A DNA stretch of 64,000 nucleotides from Eledone cirrhosa (GCA_964016885.1 OZ024751.1:18414001-18478000), one strand, 5' to 3'; positions 43,020 through 57,633 are shown, counted from the first letter of the stretch. Made by a program: numbers and translations. Notes: a model not told the origin generated them from the sequence alone.

Positions 43020-43540
43020 GTGGATTGGCAGTATCGGTAGAGGGTCGGACGCTATGCTTTCCAGTATAGTTACGTCCCTTTACGATCTGAGTTCAAATCC
43101 CGCCGAGGTTGACTTTGCCTTTCATCCTTACGGGGTCGATAAAATAAAGTACCAGTAATGCACTGGGTAGTTTGCTGGCCTTGTGCCTAAAGTAGAGACA
43201 GTTATTACTCTAATGTAAGGGCGGTGGATTGGCAGTATCGGTAGAGAGTCGGACGCCATGCTTTCCAGAATAGTTACGTCCCTTTACGGTCTGAGTTCAA
43301 ATCCCGCCGAGGTTGACTTTGCCTTTCATCCTTACAGGGTCGATAAAATAAAGTACCAGTAATGTACTGGATAATTGCTGGCCTTGTGCCAAAAGTAGAA
43401 ACAGTTATTACTCTAATGTGAACCCTATAGATGGACTGGCAGTATCGGTAGCGGGTCGGACACCATGCTTTGAAGCATAGAGTTACTGGGTAATTGCTGG
43501 CCTTGTGCCAACAATAGAAACAGTTATTACTCTAATGTGA
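43020..43540 (+). mobile_element. Tandem triplet of the SINE, each copy followed by gttattactctaatgt
   Basis: Three heads at about 43020, 43218 and 43430; the third copy is internally deleted. Confidence 0.85.
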
Positions 43541-43784
43541 CACAACCTTATCAAGAGCTTTGCTGCACATTCCTAATTGTATATCGTTAGCTTGGCCACA
43601 GCCAAAACTTCGATTTTACTAAACTTCCATTTGTATATATATATATATATATATAAAAGTCTAAAGTCTGTCTCAAGCCAGAAGGCTCATTTGGCCGGTG
43701 CTTATCCTGGTGTCATGGTGTGGAGCGACTGAGAGTACAAGACTCCCCCCTGGACAGGACGCCATATATATATCGCAATATATA

Positions 43785-43815
<31 letters not shown>

Positions 43816-44533
43816 ATACAATAAGCAAGGAGTCGACGTGTGATAAATAGCTGTCACATTACTTTCAAACCCCTTCATACTGAAAAACACAATAGATAAT
43901 ATAGTCCTAGATATACCATGTCCGATAAAACGTTAGCTGTGTGAGGGCTAACGATCGATCTGGAAAGGATGAAAGGACTAACTGATCTCGACAGGATTTG
44001 AACTCAGACCCCAGAGAGCTAGAAGAAATACCACTAAATATGTTATATGAGGTTCTAACAATTCTACCAAATTGCAGTCTTAATGCTGTGTAAGAAAACG
44101 CAACATTTCTTTCTGTTCAACTTAGAACGTTTTGTAAAACACCCACTCCTCGTCGAGAAATGCCAAGAAATCAATAAAAAACACATAAAATATCACGAAA
44201 TAACACAAACACATACACACACACCCCACACACACAAACAAAAAAATAAATCCTCAAAACAAAGCAACCCTTTCCACTCACATAAAAAAACATAGCTAAA
44301 AGCAAATCACCCTCAAACGAGACAGATAATCCCAAGTTACCTGCTTCTTTTAAATCCGTAACTTGTGAGACATTTTGGCACCACGAAATATTATTTCCTC
44401 CTCCTCTTCCTCCCCCCCTCCTCCTCCTCCTCTTCTTATTCCTCCTCCTCCTCCTCCTCCTACCCTTCTTCTTCTTCTTCTTCTTCTTCGTCATTATCAT
44501 CATTGTAATCATCATCGCCATCTTCATCACCGC

Positions 44534-44567
<34 letters not shown>

Positions 44568-44986
44568 ATCATCATCATCATCATCGTCGTTATCATCGTC
44601 GTTATCATCATCAACACCACCACCATCATCATCATCTCCATCAAAATTATCATCATCATCATCATCGTCAACATCCCCACCACCACCACCATCATCATCA
44701 CCATCATCATCATCCTATTTTCTTCTTCTTCCCCATCTTCTAATACTTGACAAAATAATTCACTAGTTTATTTTTTTTTTATTTATTTTATCTTATTGTT
44801 GTTATTGTTGTTATAGTTGTTATTGTTATTGTTGTTATTGTTGTTATTGTTGTTATTGTTCGCGATTTGTTGGTTGTTGTGATGTTGTTAGTTACTGTTG
44901 TGGTGTACGAATGTCAGAACATACTATAATGCCACAACCACCAGTACCACAACTTCTAGTATTACTACTACTACTGCTATCATTAC

Positions 44987-45051
<65 letters not shown>

Positions 45052-45112
45052 CAGTAGTAGTGGTAGTAGTAATAGTAGTAGTAGTAGTGGTGGTGGTGGT
45101 GGTGGTAGTAGT

Positions 45113-45176
<64 letters not shown>

Positions 45177-45194
45177 ATAGTAGCAGCAGTAGTG

Positions 45195-45238
<44 letters not shown>

Positions 45239-45820
45239 TGTAGTAGTAGTAGTAGTAGTAGTAACAAGAGACAGAGTGATCTCCTGAGCTACTAGAGACA
45301 ACAGATAAACCTCCCTCCACCAACACCACCATTTGTGACATTGGACCCTGTTGTAGCCCTAGCTATATTAAACCAACGTAATGCTTATTGTCATTACTGG
45401 GACTCCTTTGATCCTAGGTCAGCTGAACAAGGTTTGAACTGGTCAGCAACAACAATAACAACAATATCATATATGTCAGCCCAACAAGGGTCGAAATGGA
45501 CTAGACGACAGCAACAACAGTGACAACAGTAACATATGTGACCATCTACAGGTGGTCTTAGAAAAGGTCTACCAGGTACACATTTTATCATTGTCTTGAT
45601 CAGTTAACAGGCAGACCCCCCCCCCCCCGAACTCACTGCTATGTCAGCAAGTGCAGAATGCTGGACATTCCCCATCACCTCTCCCTTTCGCTCTCTCTCT
45701 CACACACACACACGTACATACACGCTCACACGTTCACATAAACACAAAAATACGCTTAATTACACACACACACACACACACACAAACACACACAATCACA
45801 CACACACACATATATATATA

Positions 45821-46032
45821 TAGTAATAATAATAAATTTGAAGACTAAAATCCAAAGAGGGTTCGATAAGAATAAATATATATCAAATATATAAGAAATC
45901 TAGGGCAAATATTTATTGAAATAACAGATTAAAGTTTAAGCAAAGAATCGCTGCTTTCACCCTTAACGGGATCTTAACGTTAAGAGTGAAAGCAGCGATT
46001 CTTTGCTTGAACTTTAATCTGTTATTTTAATA
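45821..46032 (-). mobile_element. Foldback cassette family E
   Basis: A tail of about 95 bp plus a hairpin centred near 45975. Relatives at 23552-23627, 50229-50305 and 56897-57274. Confidence 0.8.
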
Positions 46033-46050
46033 TATGTATATATATATATA

Positions 46051-46230
46051 TCATCATCATCCTCATCATCATTTTACGTCCGCTTTTCCCTGCTTGAAAG
46101 GGTTGGACGGGCTATTCAGCACAGCATCTCTCCACTTGTCACGGTCCTTCGTCATCTCCTTCAGCGATATGAGGTCTGCTCTCACCACCTCCGCCCATGT
46201 TTTACGTGGTCTACCTCTACCGCGTCTTCC
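46051..46230 (-). mobile_element. 3' end of a second RTE-clade LINE with a (GAT)n tail, in (TA)n
   Basis: Minus strand translates GRRGRGRPRKTWAEVVRADL..KDRDKWRDAV and is followed by (TGA)n. Confidence 0.75.
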
Positions 46231-46595
46231 TTATATATATATATATATATATATATCGTTTCTGAATTTGTTTAGCAAGATTCTTTATCTGAAAACGTGT
46301 GTTGAGACCGATATTGTTATGCTTTGGGAGGGTCATGTTGCCAATGAGAAACACACGCACCAGTTGCTTTCACTCCAATTTATTATAAGTTAAATTTATA
46401 AATTTAAGAATTTATGAATTTCCGGTTGGTTGATTAGTTCCATAACCGGACGGTTGTTCATATATTGTCAAAGTTCTTTCCTCGCACATTCTATGACCTC
46501 TGCAGTGACTGGGGATTTTTTTCTTTGTTTTTGTGCCTCTCCTTTGTTCTGTCCTACGCCATCTTGTTTTTGTGTTTATATATATATATATATAT

Positions 46596-46783
46596 AACGA
46601 AGGAAATGTGGTAAGGAACCAGGTGGACCATAACGCACCAAAGTACTCAATACTTAGGGTAGTAGAGTGGGTAATAGGAACGAGTAGGACCCCGACGGCT
46701 GAGCTCAAGCCGTTTCGACGGCTAATTCTGGACGTATTAGCCGTCGAAACGGCTTGAGCTCAGCCCTCGGGGTCCTACTCGTT

Positions 46784-46787
<4 letters not shown>
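46596..46787 (-). mobile_element. Foldback cassette family B, copy 4
   Basis: Junction ctggacgtattagcc; TA flanks. Confidence 0.85.
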
Positions 46788-46829
<42 letters not shown>

Positions 46830-47024
46830 AACATGTTTGACCCCGACAGAGAGAGAGAGAAAGAGAAAGAGTTCCACAACAGTTATTTCGCCATACCAGG
46901 AACAAATGTTTCACCTTATTCGGATCCTCAGCTGAGGATCTGAACAGGTTGATACTACTTCTACCAAACTCGTCCCATGGACTGAGTGCTCTACTGCTAC
47001 GGATATTACCCTCCAGTGTTCTAC

Positions 47025-47071
<47 letters not shown>

Positions 47072-47104
47072 TACACACACACACATATATATATATATTT
47101 ATAT

Positions 47105-47300
47105 GTTATTCCGGGTTCAATCGGAGGTAACCATAGTAAGTAAGGTACTCAATACATAACAGAGTATAAATGTTTTAATATAGAAGAGCTTCTCCAGGAC
47201 TGGAACTGTTTCATTCGTGAGAAATCATCAGGAAGGACTTCCTGATGATTTCTCACGAATGAAACAGTCCTAGTCCTGTAGAAGCTCTTCTATATTAAAA
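47105..47300 (-). mobile_element. Foldback cassette family C with hammerheads
   Basis: Arms of about 63 bp meeting near 47236, a tail of about 67 bp. Homologue at 53125-53315. Confidence 0.85.
47238..47284 (+). ncRNA. Hammerhead ribozyme (family C)
   Basis: CTTC-CTGATGA-TTTCTCACGAAT-GAAACAG-TCCTAGTC-CTGTA^GAAG. Confidence 0.8.
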
Positions 47301-47358
47301 TATATATTAAAACATATAAAATATATATTTATATATATATATATATATTTATATATTG

Positions 47359-47419
<61 letters not shown>

Positions 47420-48017
47420 TTATATCTCTAAACATATACACACACACACACTAGTGAGAAAAAGAGAAAAAGAGCTATGTGTATTGTTTATTTATCTCTA
47501 GACTGTATCGTTAAGAAATGTGGTGACATCAACAATCGTATACTTTTATCAGTCACAGACAGAAGAGATACAAAAGAGAAATGACTAAATATTGTTGTTG
47601 TTGTTGTTGTTGTAATTGGTGGGGATTTGGTGGTGTTGGGAAGGGGTTTATGTGTGATGGTAGGGTGTTTAGTCCCAGGTCAACTCCCGATAGATCAGTC
47701 CTATAGATCAAAGATGTCCGAACAGTAACTATCTGATAATCATGTGTGCGTGTGTGTATATGTGTGTGTGAGTGTTTGCTCGCATGCGTGCAAGCACACA
47801 CAGTTAAACACATACACACATACACACACACACAGACATAAGTACGCACTAACGCGCACACATACACACACACGCACATGCACGCATTCACACAAACATA
47901 AACACAACCCCCCCCCCCCCCCCTACACACACACAAACACATATATATACACACATCTATCTGTACATACGACTATTTTTCAATATTTCCTCCTTTCTTT
48001 GATAGTATTTGACTAGC

Positions 48018-48203
<186 letters not shown>

Positions 48204-48615
48204 ACAGACAGACAGATATAGAACGAAAGAATGTTAAGGAATCAGAAGAAACAAAGAGAGTACAATAGCTAAATACAGAAATGGACGATGGTGAAACAGG
48301 TGGTAAATATGTCTACAAAGAAACCAAGAATATCAAGTAAATGAAGAAAAGTAAAGAGAAGTGGAAGAAAATGAGAGAACATACAAGATGAAGCCTCAAG
48401 ATGTTTAACGTGACATTGGTTATATAGTACAATATATAGTTGATTAAATAAATAATAGATTATAAGGTAACATACGTACGTACAGAGGTATGTATATAGA
48501 GCCGTACGTACAGAGGTACGTAGATAGCTACATAACACATACATTCACAGAGATATTTATATAAATATACACTGCTGCTACAAACACCACTAATATTACT
48601 AGTACTACTACTAGA

Positions 48616-48830
48616 GCGGTGGATTGGCAGTATCGGTAGAGGGTCGGACGCAATGCTTTGCAACATCGAGTTACGGCCCTTTAGGGTCTGAGTTCAAATC
48701 CCGCCAAGGTTAACTTTGCCTTTCATCCTTACGGGGTCGATAAAATAAAGCATCAGTCACGCACTAGGGTTGATTTAACCGACTTTCCCCTCTCCCAAAA
48801 TTGCTGGCCTTGTGCCTATATAAGAAACCA
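48616..48830 (+). mobile_element. tRNA-derived SINE, long subfamily
   Basis: Contains the extra gatttaaccgactttcccc segment. Confidence 0.85.
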
Positions 48831-49060
48831 ATATTACTACTGCTGCTACTACTGCTGCTGCTACTACTACTACTACAACTACTGCTGCTGCTACAAACAT
48901 CACTCTCCTTTGTTTTTGCCGAGAATAAGTAAGTGACATAGTCACTACTTTAAAATTCATAGCGAGTGGTCTTCAAAATGGTTTTAATTAAAAATACAGT
49001 ATATTATCAAATATACTGTACAGACATTCATATATGCATCGCTATTTCAGAGCACGAATA

Positions 49061-49115
<55 letters not shown>

Positions 49116-49943
49116 GTATGATTTGTGTAATAAGATAAAAATGTTACCACCCTTGCAGAGAGCTTGTATATCTCTATATACGTCGTTGGTGGGACGTAAA
49201 GCCTAGAGGCGACTATGCTGTATTCTTATGCGTGGGTGGTACCGTCAGCTGGTGCAAATCTAGAGAGACAGAGAGTAAATGGCTCTTGGGCACAGATAGA
49301 ATTTCATAGAACTTTCCAACAATTGTAATGGTATATTTTAGCGGGTAGAAGAAGTGTTGGCTTTATTGGTTTCGATTAAGATGGTAGCAATATCGGTGGG
49401 GGTGATGGTATTTGTATCGGTGGTAGTGATTATGTTTGTAGTATAAAAACGCATTTACCATTTCAGGCAATAATCACACCCCACATATATTCACATCCCC
49501 ACATATATTCACATATACACTTACCTGTATAAGTTTTAGCTGAAAGTTTGTCTTTTTTTCTTTTTGTTTTGTTTTTTGCTTGTTTTTATTGCTCAATTTC
49601 TCAGTTGAGATTCAAAATGGAGAACTGATCCTAAATCTGTGACTCATTGAAGCTGAACCAAAAGACAAGTGCTTCTGAAATGAAATATTGAGCTACATAA
49701 ATATATTTTAGCCTACATATATATAGGACATGGTAGAGTCTCACGTATATAATACAGTATGTTGATAAACTCCGATCAGTTGAGATTATTCGCGTTTTCT
49801 AAACTAAATCTCTCTGAATCTCTGTTTATAAATTTCATATCAATAAACAAGGGACATAACTCCAATGGCAACAGTTGACAGAAATGTTTGGAAACTAAAG
49901 ACAACGTAGATTGGAGTGGATAAGGTCTGTAAAAAAAAAAATA

Positions 49944-50122
49944 ATTGTTTCTACATTTGACACAAGGCCAGCAATTATCCCAGAGTATTACTGGTACTTT
50001 ATTTTATCGACCCCGTAAGGATGAAAGACAAAGTTAACCTCGGCGGGATTTGAACTCAGATCGTAAAGGGCTGTAACTCTTTGCTGCAAAGCATGGCGTC
50101 AGACCCTCTACCGATACGGCCA
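49944..50122 (-). mobile_element. tRNA-derived SINE
   Basis: Matches the 10434 consensus. Confidence 0.85.
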
Positions 50123-50480
50123 AAAAAAATAATGAAAGCGTGGAGAACAATTGCACGCAAAGACAAAACCACGTAAATGGTATAACTGAAGTCGTAGACT
50201 AAAATTCTGACTAATATTTGCATTACGGTTCTTATATATTTGATATATATTTATCCTTATCGTGCCCTCTTTGGATTTTGGTCTTCAAATTTATTATTAT
50301 TACTAATATATATATATATACACATATATATATATACATATATACATGCATATATATATATACATATATATATACACACATATATATATGTACATACAGA
50401 TATGAGGAGAGCTAAAGACAGTGATTTGGGGAAACAAGAAGGAGAATTTATTTTAATATATGTATATGTGTGCATATATA

Positions 50481-50575
<95 letters not shown>

Positions 50576-50867
50576 CATATACATATATATACATACGTAT
50601 ATATATATACATATATATATTAGTGCATAGTTGCGTGTGCATATATACGTTTATGTATATATATATAAGTATGGGTGTATGTATGTATAATATGTATAGC
50701 AGAACATGATCAAACTAATACGAAGAGATTAGTGTTGAAAGCCGGAGTTTAAATGAAGAGAAAGAGTGGCGGGGTGAGGAGGGGGAGAAATATTGACATG
50801 CTTTTAATCATAATACCAATATAAACGAAGTAAAGATGGTCTGGAATTACCATTGTAAAGATAGATG

Positions 50868-52260
50868 GGGATGGTGGTGGGGGTGGTGGTGGCGTAGTGA
50901 GGTATATGATGATGATGGTGGTGTTGGCGGTGGTGCTGGTAGTGGCGGTGGTGGTAGTGTTGGCGGTGGTGGTGGTGGTGGTGGTGGCGGTTGTGATGGT
51001 GGAAGTGGTGGTGGTGTTGGTTGTGCTGTCGGTGGTGCTGGTGCTGGTGGTGGTGCTGGTAGTGGTGGTGCTGGTTGAAGTGGTGGTGGTGGTGGTGTTG
51101 GCGGTGGTGGTGGTGGCGGTTGTTGTGGTGGATGTGGTGGTGGTGGTGGTGGTGGTGCTGGTGCTGGTAGTGGTGGTGGTGGTGCTGGTGCTGGTTGAAG
51201 TGGTGGTGGTGGTGATGGTGGTGGTTGTAGTGTTGGCGGCGGTGGTGGTGGTGGCGGTTGTGGTGGTGGAAGTGGTGGTGGTGTTGGTTGTGCTGTCGGT
51301 GGTGCTGGTGCTGGTGGTGGTGCTGGTAGTGGTGGTGCTGGTTGAAGTGGTGGTGGTGGTGGTGTTGGCGGTGGTGGTGGTGGCGGTTGTTGTGGTGGAA
51401 GTGGTGGTGGTGGTGGTGTTGGCGGTGGTGGTGGTGGCGGTTGTGGTGGTGGATGTGGTGGTGGTGGTGGTGCTGGTGCTGGTGCTGGTAGTGGTGGTGG
51501 TGGTGCTGGTGCTGGTTGAAGTGGTGGTGGTGGTGATGGTGGTGGTTGAAGTGTTGGCGGCGGTGGTGGTGGTGGCGGTTGTGGTGGTGGAAGTGGTGGT
51601 GGTGTTGGTTGTTCTGTCGGTGGTGCTGGTGCTGGTGGTGGTGCTGGTAGTGGTGGTGCTGGTTGAAGTGGTGGTGGTGGTGGTGTTGGCGGTGGCGGTG
51701 GTGGCGGTTGTGGTGGTGGAAGTGGTGGTGGTGCTGGTGGTGCTGGTGCTGGTAGTGGTGGTGGTGGTGGTGGTGCTGGTGCTGGTTGAAGTGGTGGTGG
51801 TGGTGGTGGTTGTAGTGTTGGCGGTGGTGGTGGTGGCGGTTGTGGTGGTGGAAGTGGTGGTGGTGGTGGTTGTGCTGGCGGTGGTGCAGGTGCTGGCGGT
51901 GGTGCTGGTAGTGGTGGTGGTGGGGGTGGGGCTGGTTGAAGTGGTGGTGGTGGTGGTGGTGATGGTGGTGGTGGTGGTGGTGGTAGTGTTGACGGTGGTG
52001 GTGGTGGTGGCGGTTGTGGTGGTGGAAGTGGTGGTGGTGGTGGTGGTTGTGCTGGCGGTGGTGCTGGTGGATGGTAGTGGTGGTGATGGTGGTGATGGTG
52101 GTTATGGTTGTAGTGGTGGTAGAGGTACTGGTGGTGGTGATGGTAGTGGTGGTAGTCACGATGGTGGTAGTGGCGCTGGTGGTGCTTGAGATGCTTGCTA
52201 GTTATGGTAGTGGTGGTGGTGGTGGTGGTGGAGCGGTGCTGGTTGTGATGGATGTGGTGT
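50868..52260. repeat. (GTG)n-derived compound minisatellite
   Basis: Recurring GCGGTTGTGGTGGTGGAAG and GCTGGTTGAAG blocks. Confidence 0.9.
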
Positions 52261-52343
52261 TGGTTTGTTTAGGGATTAATGAAGATAAAGACAGATAGGG
52301 AGAAAGCGAGGTTGAGTTTAAAGAGAGAGATAGATAGATCGAT

Positions 52344-52380
<37 letters not shown>

Positions 52381-52396
52381 GAGAGAGAGAGTGACT

Positions 52397-52469
<73 letters not shown>

Positions 52470-52893
52470 GCGGTGGTACAGAGATTAATATTATAAAGTG
52501 TATCAGAAATATTATAGGACATGATTGCGGTGATGATGTTGTGGTGGTGGTGGTGGTGGTGGTGGTGTTGGCATGCTGGGGACCGTGGTGGTGGTCGTAG
52601 TGGTGATGGGGAATTGAAAAGAAGGAGAAAGAATGAGAGGGTGAGTGACAGAGGCGAAGAAGAAAGGAGGAGAAAGAAAGGAGGAATTAGTGGGAAGGAG
52701 AGGGGGGAGAGATAATGGAAAATGAAATGAGAATATTTTATATCCCAATTTTACGTACATTAAAGTTGGACAGATTTAAAAAATTACACAAAATCTCGTC
52801 AGATATTCTGAATATAATGTACATGGAAGGATGTAGACATGTATATATGTCAGTCTGCCTGTCTCTGTTTCTCTCCCTCTCTCACTTTCTCTC

Positions 52894-52944
<51 letters not shown>

Positions 52945-53043
52945 CATTATATTTCTTCTAGTTCAAGTTCTATCTTTGAATAAGGACAAACGCCTGAAAT
53001 ATTATGACACATTTTTGTACTATATCATCATGTACACTAACGA

Positions 53044-53124
<81 letters not shown>

Positions 53125-53126
<2 letters not shown>

Positions 53127-53315
53127 TGAGATTCTACAGGACTAGAACTGTTTCATTCTTTAGAAATCATCAGGAATCACCTGATTCCTGATGATTTCTA
53201 AAGAATGAAACAGTTCTAGTCCTGTAGAATCTCATCTATATTAAAACTTTTATACTCTGCTATGTATTGAGTACCTTACTTACTGTGGTTACCTCCGATT
53301 CAACCCGGAATAACG
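53125..53315 (+). mobile_element. Foldback cassette family C, copy 2
   Basis: Perfect arms meeting near 53180, with a tail ending in (TA)n. Confidence 0.85.
53183..53231 (+). ncRNA. Hammerhead ribozyme (family C)
   Basis: GATTC-CTGATGA-TTTCTAAAGAAT-GAAACAG-TTCTAGTC-CTGTA^GAATC. Mirror copy at 53130-53178 (-). Confidence 0.82.
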
Positions 53316-53467
53316 TATATATATATATATTTATATATATACGACTACAATCTTACCATATAAGGAATTACCCCTTGAAAAGTTCGGCTATTTATTTATC
53401 ACGCTAAAAATTCTGGACCATAACGCACTCTGGTGCGCTATGGTCCATCTGGTTCCTTACCACAGTA

Positions 53468-54028
53468 TTCTTCGCATTAAAGACCAGATACCTCAGGCTA
53501 GCGCGAACAATAACTAAAATAAGTTATTGGAATAAAAAGAGTTGCGTGGAGAAAGAGAGACAGGTAAACAAACACGAATGGTGGGCAACGTAAAGAGAGG
53601 AAAAATGAGAAAATCAAGTTAATGATTCATTTGAACATAAGAACTTGCGACTCACTCTCTGCTACTCAACCTCTCTCTGACTTCCTCCATCGTCCCACAC
53701 CGTGCAAAATTCTTCCCTCGCTTACTTTCGCACGGTTAAGATGTGTCTTTCGGCTTCTCGTCAATATTCGCAAGTTCTTATGTTCAAATTAATCATTGAC
53801 TTGATTTTCTCATTTTTCCTCTCTTTACGTTGCCTTACCATTCGTGTTTATTTACCTGTCTCTCTTTCTCCACCCAATTCTTTTTATCCCAATAACTTAT
53901 TTTAGTTATTGTTCGTGCTAGCCTGAGGTATCTGGTCTTTAGTGCGAAGAAATACCTATGATGGCTAGTAGACCACTGATGATGGATAGTCCTGGCTTCT
54001 ATTTCTAATTCTTCATTTTAATTTGTAT
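53468..54028 (+). mobile_element. Large foldback cassette (family G)
   Basis: Arms at about 53468-53650 and 53768-53951, plus a tail of about 75 bp. Related single-arm sequence at about 55950-56210. Confidence 0.75.
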
Positions 54029-54062
54029 ATCACATTTGCAACAACACAGCACGCCATTTTTC

Positions 54063-54104
<42 letters not shown>

Positions 54105-54557
54105 CAGTTGTAGTCCAGTAGAAGTCATTTCTATATAATATATAGGATTCATTTCACTTATTTCTTTAATGGCAGGGTATATTTTGGTTTTTCTATGATG
54201 TATTGACTTTCCGGTACGCAGCATCACGTCATCTGGTTGGATATCATCGAGAGATGACGGGATAATGTAGAGAAATGGAGTGAAGTCGCGGCAGATAATA
54301 GTAACTTTATTCGCTTTATTGTATAGAAACTAAGTAAAATGACAGCTGTAGCTTGATAACGTCTGACTTCTCCTTTTGGTGGCTGTTGTCATCCAATTTG
54401 GTACGCCGAGTTTAGGGGGGTGGATTGTCTCTGCGTTACGTTTACCGAATCTTGAGGGTGGGTCGTGGGTTGGTTTAGCAAGAATCAACAGTGAAGCTTG
54501 GCGTTCGGTTTAGGGTGTTTGCTACGTGTTTTATAGAATGATTGGAGCAACAACAGT

Positions 54558-54671
<114 letters not shown>

Positions 54672-54717
54672 AAGAGGGGACTGTCCCTTGATTGTGCTTT
54701 CCTTTTTTTCTTAATAC

Positions 54718-54763
<46 letters not shown>

Positions 54764-54919
54764 AGATCTTGGGTACATTTAGATATATTTGAGAAAAAGG
54801 AAAAGAATGACTTCACTTGTAGTTCTAAATAATTTGTTTTAATTTTATAATATTATAATATTATGAAATTAAATCAAATTATTTAGAATTACAAGTGAAG
54901 TCATTCTTTTCCTTTTTTT

Positions 54920-54925
<6 letters not shown>
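54764..54925 (-). repeat. AT-rich foldback (about 65-bp arms) between microsatellites
   Basis: aaaggaaaagaatgacttcacttgta is mirrored by tacaagtgaagtcattcttttccttt. Confidence 0.75.
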
Positions 54926-54970
<45 letters not shown>

Positions 54971-54972
<2 letters not shown>

Positions 54973-55264
54973 GATATTAACAAATGGAAACTATATTTAT
55001 AAAACCATATCTATTTTATTATACATATTTCAAGGATACCATGTTAAATTATGGTATGCTTTCATCAGACAAAATACAATATATACCAGTTTTATAAATA
55101 AATATTGACATACCCTTTCAAAATGCAACCGTTACTTTTGGAAGACATATAAATATAGTTTCCATTTGTTAATATCGTATATTTACTCCAAATACTTGTC
55201 GAGTGCTTTATATCAGTTATAAAAATATTTGCTTGTTGTATCCCAACAATTTAAATAGAACTTT

Positions 55265-55269
<5 letters not shown>
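54971..55269 (+). mobile_element. Foldback cassette family A, copy 2 (hammerhead at 55012-55076 on the minus strand)
   Basis: Same ends as 14156-14602, but the sense arm is truncated to about 30 bp plus the tail. Confidence 0.82.
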
Positions 55270-55314
<45 letters not shown>

Positions 55315-55462
55315 ATACAATAACAGAGATAGCTTAAAGCTAAACTCTGACTGGTAACCATCTCACTCAACAAACATTAGGTTATATGTTAGTATAAACC
55401 CAATTTAAGTGTTTGAGGTGCTAACTATATGTATTATGTGGAAAGCCAGTTGTATTATTTTA

Positions 55463-55502
<40 letters not shown>

Positions 55503-55805
55503 TGCTACATTGGATTGCAGTTAATCTTGGCTTAAGCCAGTGTCAACCCTCGATACAATACTTCAGCTTCCGAGATGATGAATTACCCTGGACACAACGT
55601 TTCTACAATCTTCAAGTGCAATGTCTCTCTCAGTTATATAACAATCGATGTTGGATGTGTCTGTGAACGTTGTGATCTAAGTAGTACAATTAACGATTAA
55701 GTAATCTTACGTAATCTAGAACGGTTTTCTTTCAGCCCGATCATTATAGAAATATATGTCATAGATAAACTGCTCTCTCTCTCTCTCTCACCCGCTCTCT
55801 CTCTC

Positions 55806-55844
<39 letters not shown>

Positions 55845-56204
55845 TTCTCTCGCCCTCTCTCTCTCTTGGTTGTACAGACACACACACACATATATATAAT
55901 ATATATATATATATATGTATATATATATGTATATACTCAGCTTATGCTGACCGGACAACCATGTTGCTTGTTTATTTTCCTATCTTCGGTTTGCTTTTAT
56001 CCTTCTATGTTGTTTACTTGTCCCCCTCGCCTTACGCGAATTCTGGTCCCAATAACTTATTTCAGTTATTGCTCGAACCAACCTGAGGTATCTGATTTTT
56101 AATGCGATGAAATACCAATGATGGTTGGAAAATCACTGACGAAGGACTATTTTTATCATATGTAACCCATGTGCAAACCACGCAGTTTTCTTCTTTCTTC
56201 TCAT

Positions 56205-56258
<54 letters not shown>

Positions 56259-56425
56259 CTGTAGCATGAAGAAGTCAAAGTTTTTATCAACGGAAACCGG
56301 TACTATAAATTATTCTAAAAAGAAATGTTTTTTTTTCTGTTCTGTTTTCCTGAGAAAATCCTATTAGCATTTTTCTACTTTCTTTCTTAATTTACTAATA
56401 TGTATCAACCCGTGTGTCACTTCTC

Positions 56426-56479
<54 letters not shown>

Positions 56480-56512
56480 AAATAAGACGGTTACTTTAGT
56501 CCATCCCTATTA

Positions 56513-56586
56513 ATTTTATTATACGTATTTCAAAGATGTATGGTTTATGTATAACATCAATCAAACATATTCTCTTCAGATAAAAT
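56513..56586 (-). ncRNA. Minimal hammerhead ribozyme (family J)
   Basis: ATTTTAT-CTGAAGA-GAATATGT..ACATCTTT-GAAA-TACGTA-TA^ATAAAAT. Degenerate relative at about 25411-25486. Confidence 0.78.
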
Positions 56587-56896
<310 letters not shown>

Positions 56897-56967
56897 TTTA
56901 ATAAATATTTTCTCTAGGGTTCTTATATATTTGATATATATTTATCCTTATCGAGCCCTCTTTGGAT

Positions 56968-57013
<46 letters not shown>

Positions 57014-57123
57014 ATAATAATAAATGTGAAGACTAAAATAAATCCAAAGAGGGCTCGATAAGGATAAATATATATCGAATATATAAGAACCCTAGAGAAA
57101 ATATTTATTAAAATAACAGATTA

Positions 57124-57176
57124 AAGTTTAAGCCAAGAATCGCTGCTTTCACCCTTAACGGGATCTTCTGAAACTT
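57124..57176 (-). ncRNA. Variant hammerhead with a CAGAAGA core (family E)
   Basis: AAGTTT-CAGAAGA-TCCCGTTAAGGGT-GAAAGC..GCTT^AAACTT. Confidence 0.6.
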
Positions 57177-57633
57177 GTTTGTGCGTTCCTTTTATTTCTT
57201 AATACTATATATATATATATCTTTCAGAATATCCCGTTAAGGGTGAAAGCAGCGATTCTTTGCTTAAACTTTAAATTATATATATATAATTGTTATTTAT
57301 TCAGTAACTAATTATACGCATTTATATCAAGAAAAGCATGGAATTTTAAATTTATTTTTTATTATATATTAAATAGTATTTTTTCCACATGGAAGCTGGT
57401 CCCGACACAAGGTCTACATCTTTTCCAAAAACTCCATTCACGCAGCGTCTCCTTCCTCTAGCAAGCCGTTCTAAGAGTCGATAACTCTTTAGAGTTCTAA
57501 GACAACAAAATGCCAGCCGGATATCCACGCTTCTTGTTGCCCAAATCCTGCCGGAATTGTTGTACATTGGAGGCGTCCTCGTATTGTTTATGGATTATAT
57601 ATATATATATATATATATATACACAAACACACA

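Noticed and set aside
50804-52189. 451-aa His-rich ORF and 430-aa Val-rich ORF
   Set aside because: Both frames are explained by a (GTG)n minisatellite, and no signal peptide or non-repetitive domain is visible.
54267-54526. Possible solo LTR (TGTAG..CTACG)
   Set aside because: The terminus is imperfect, there is no target-site duplication and there is no second copy.
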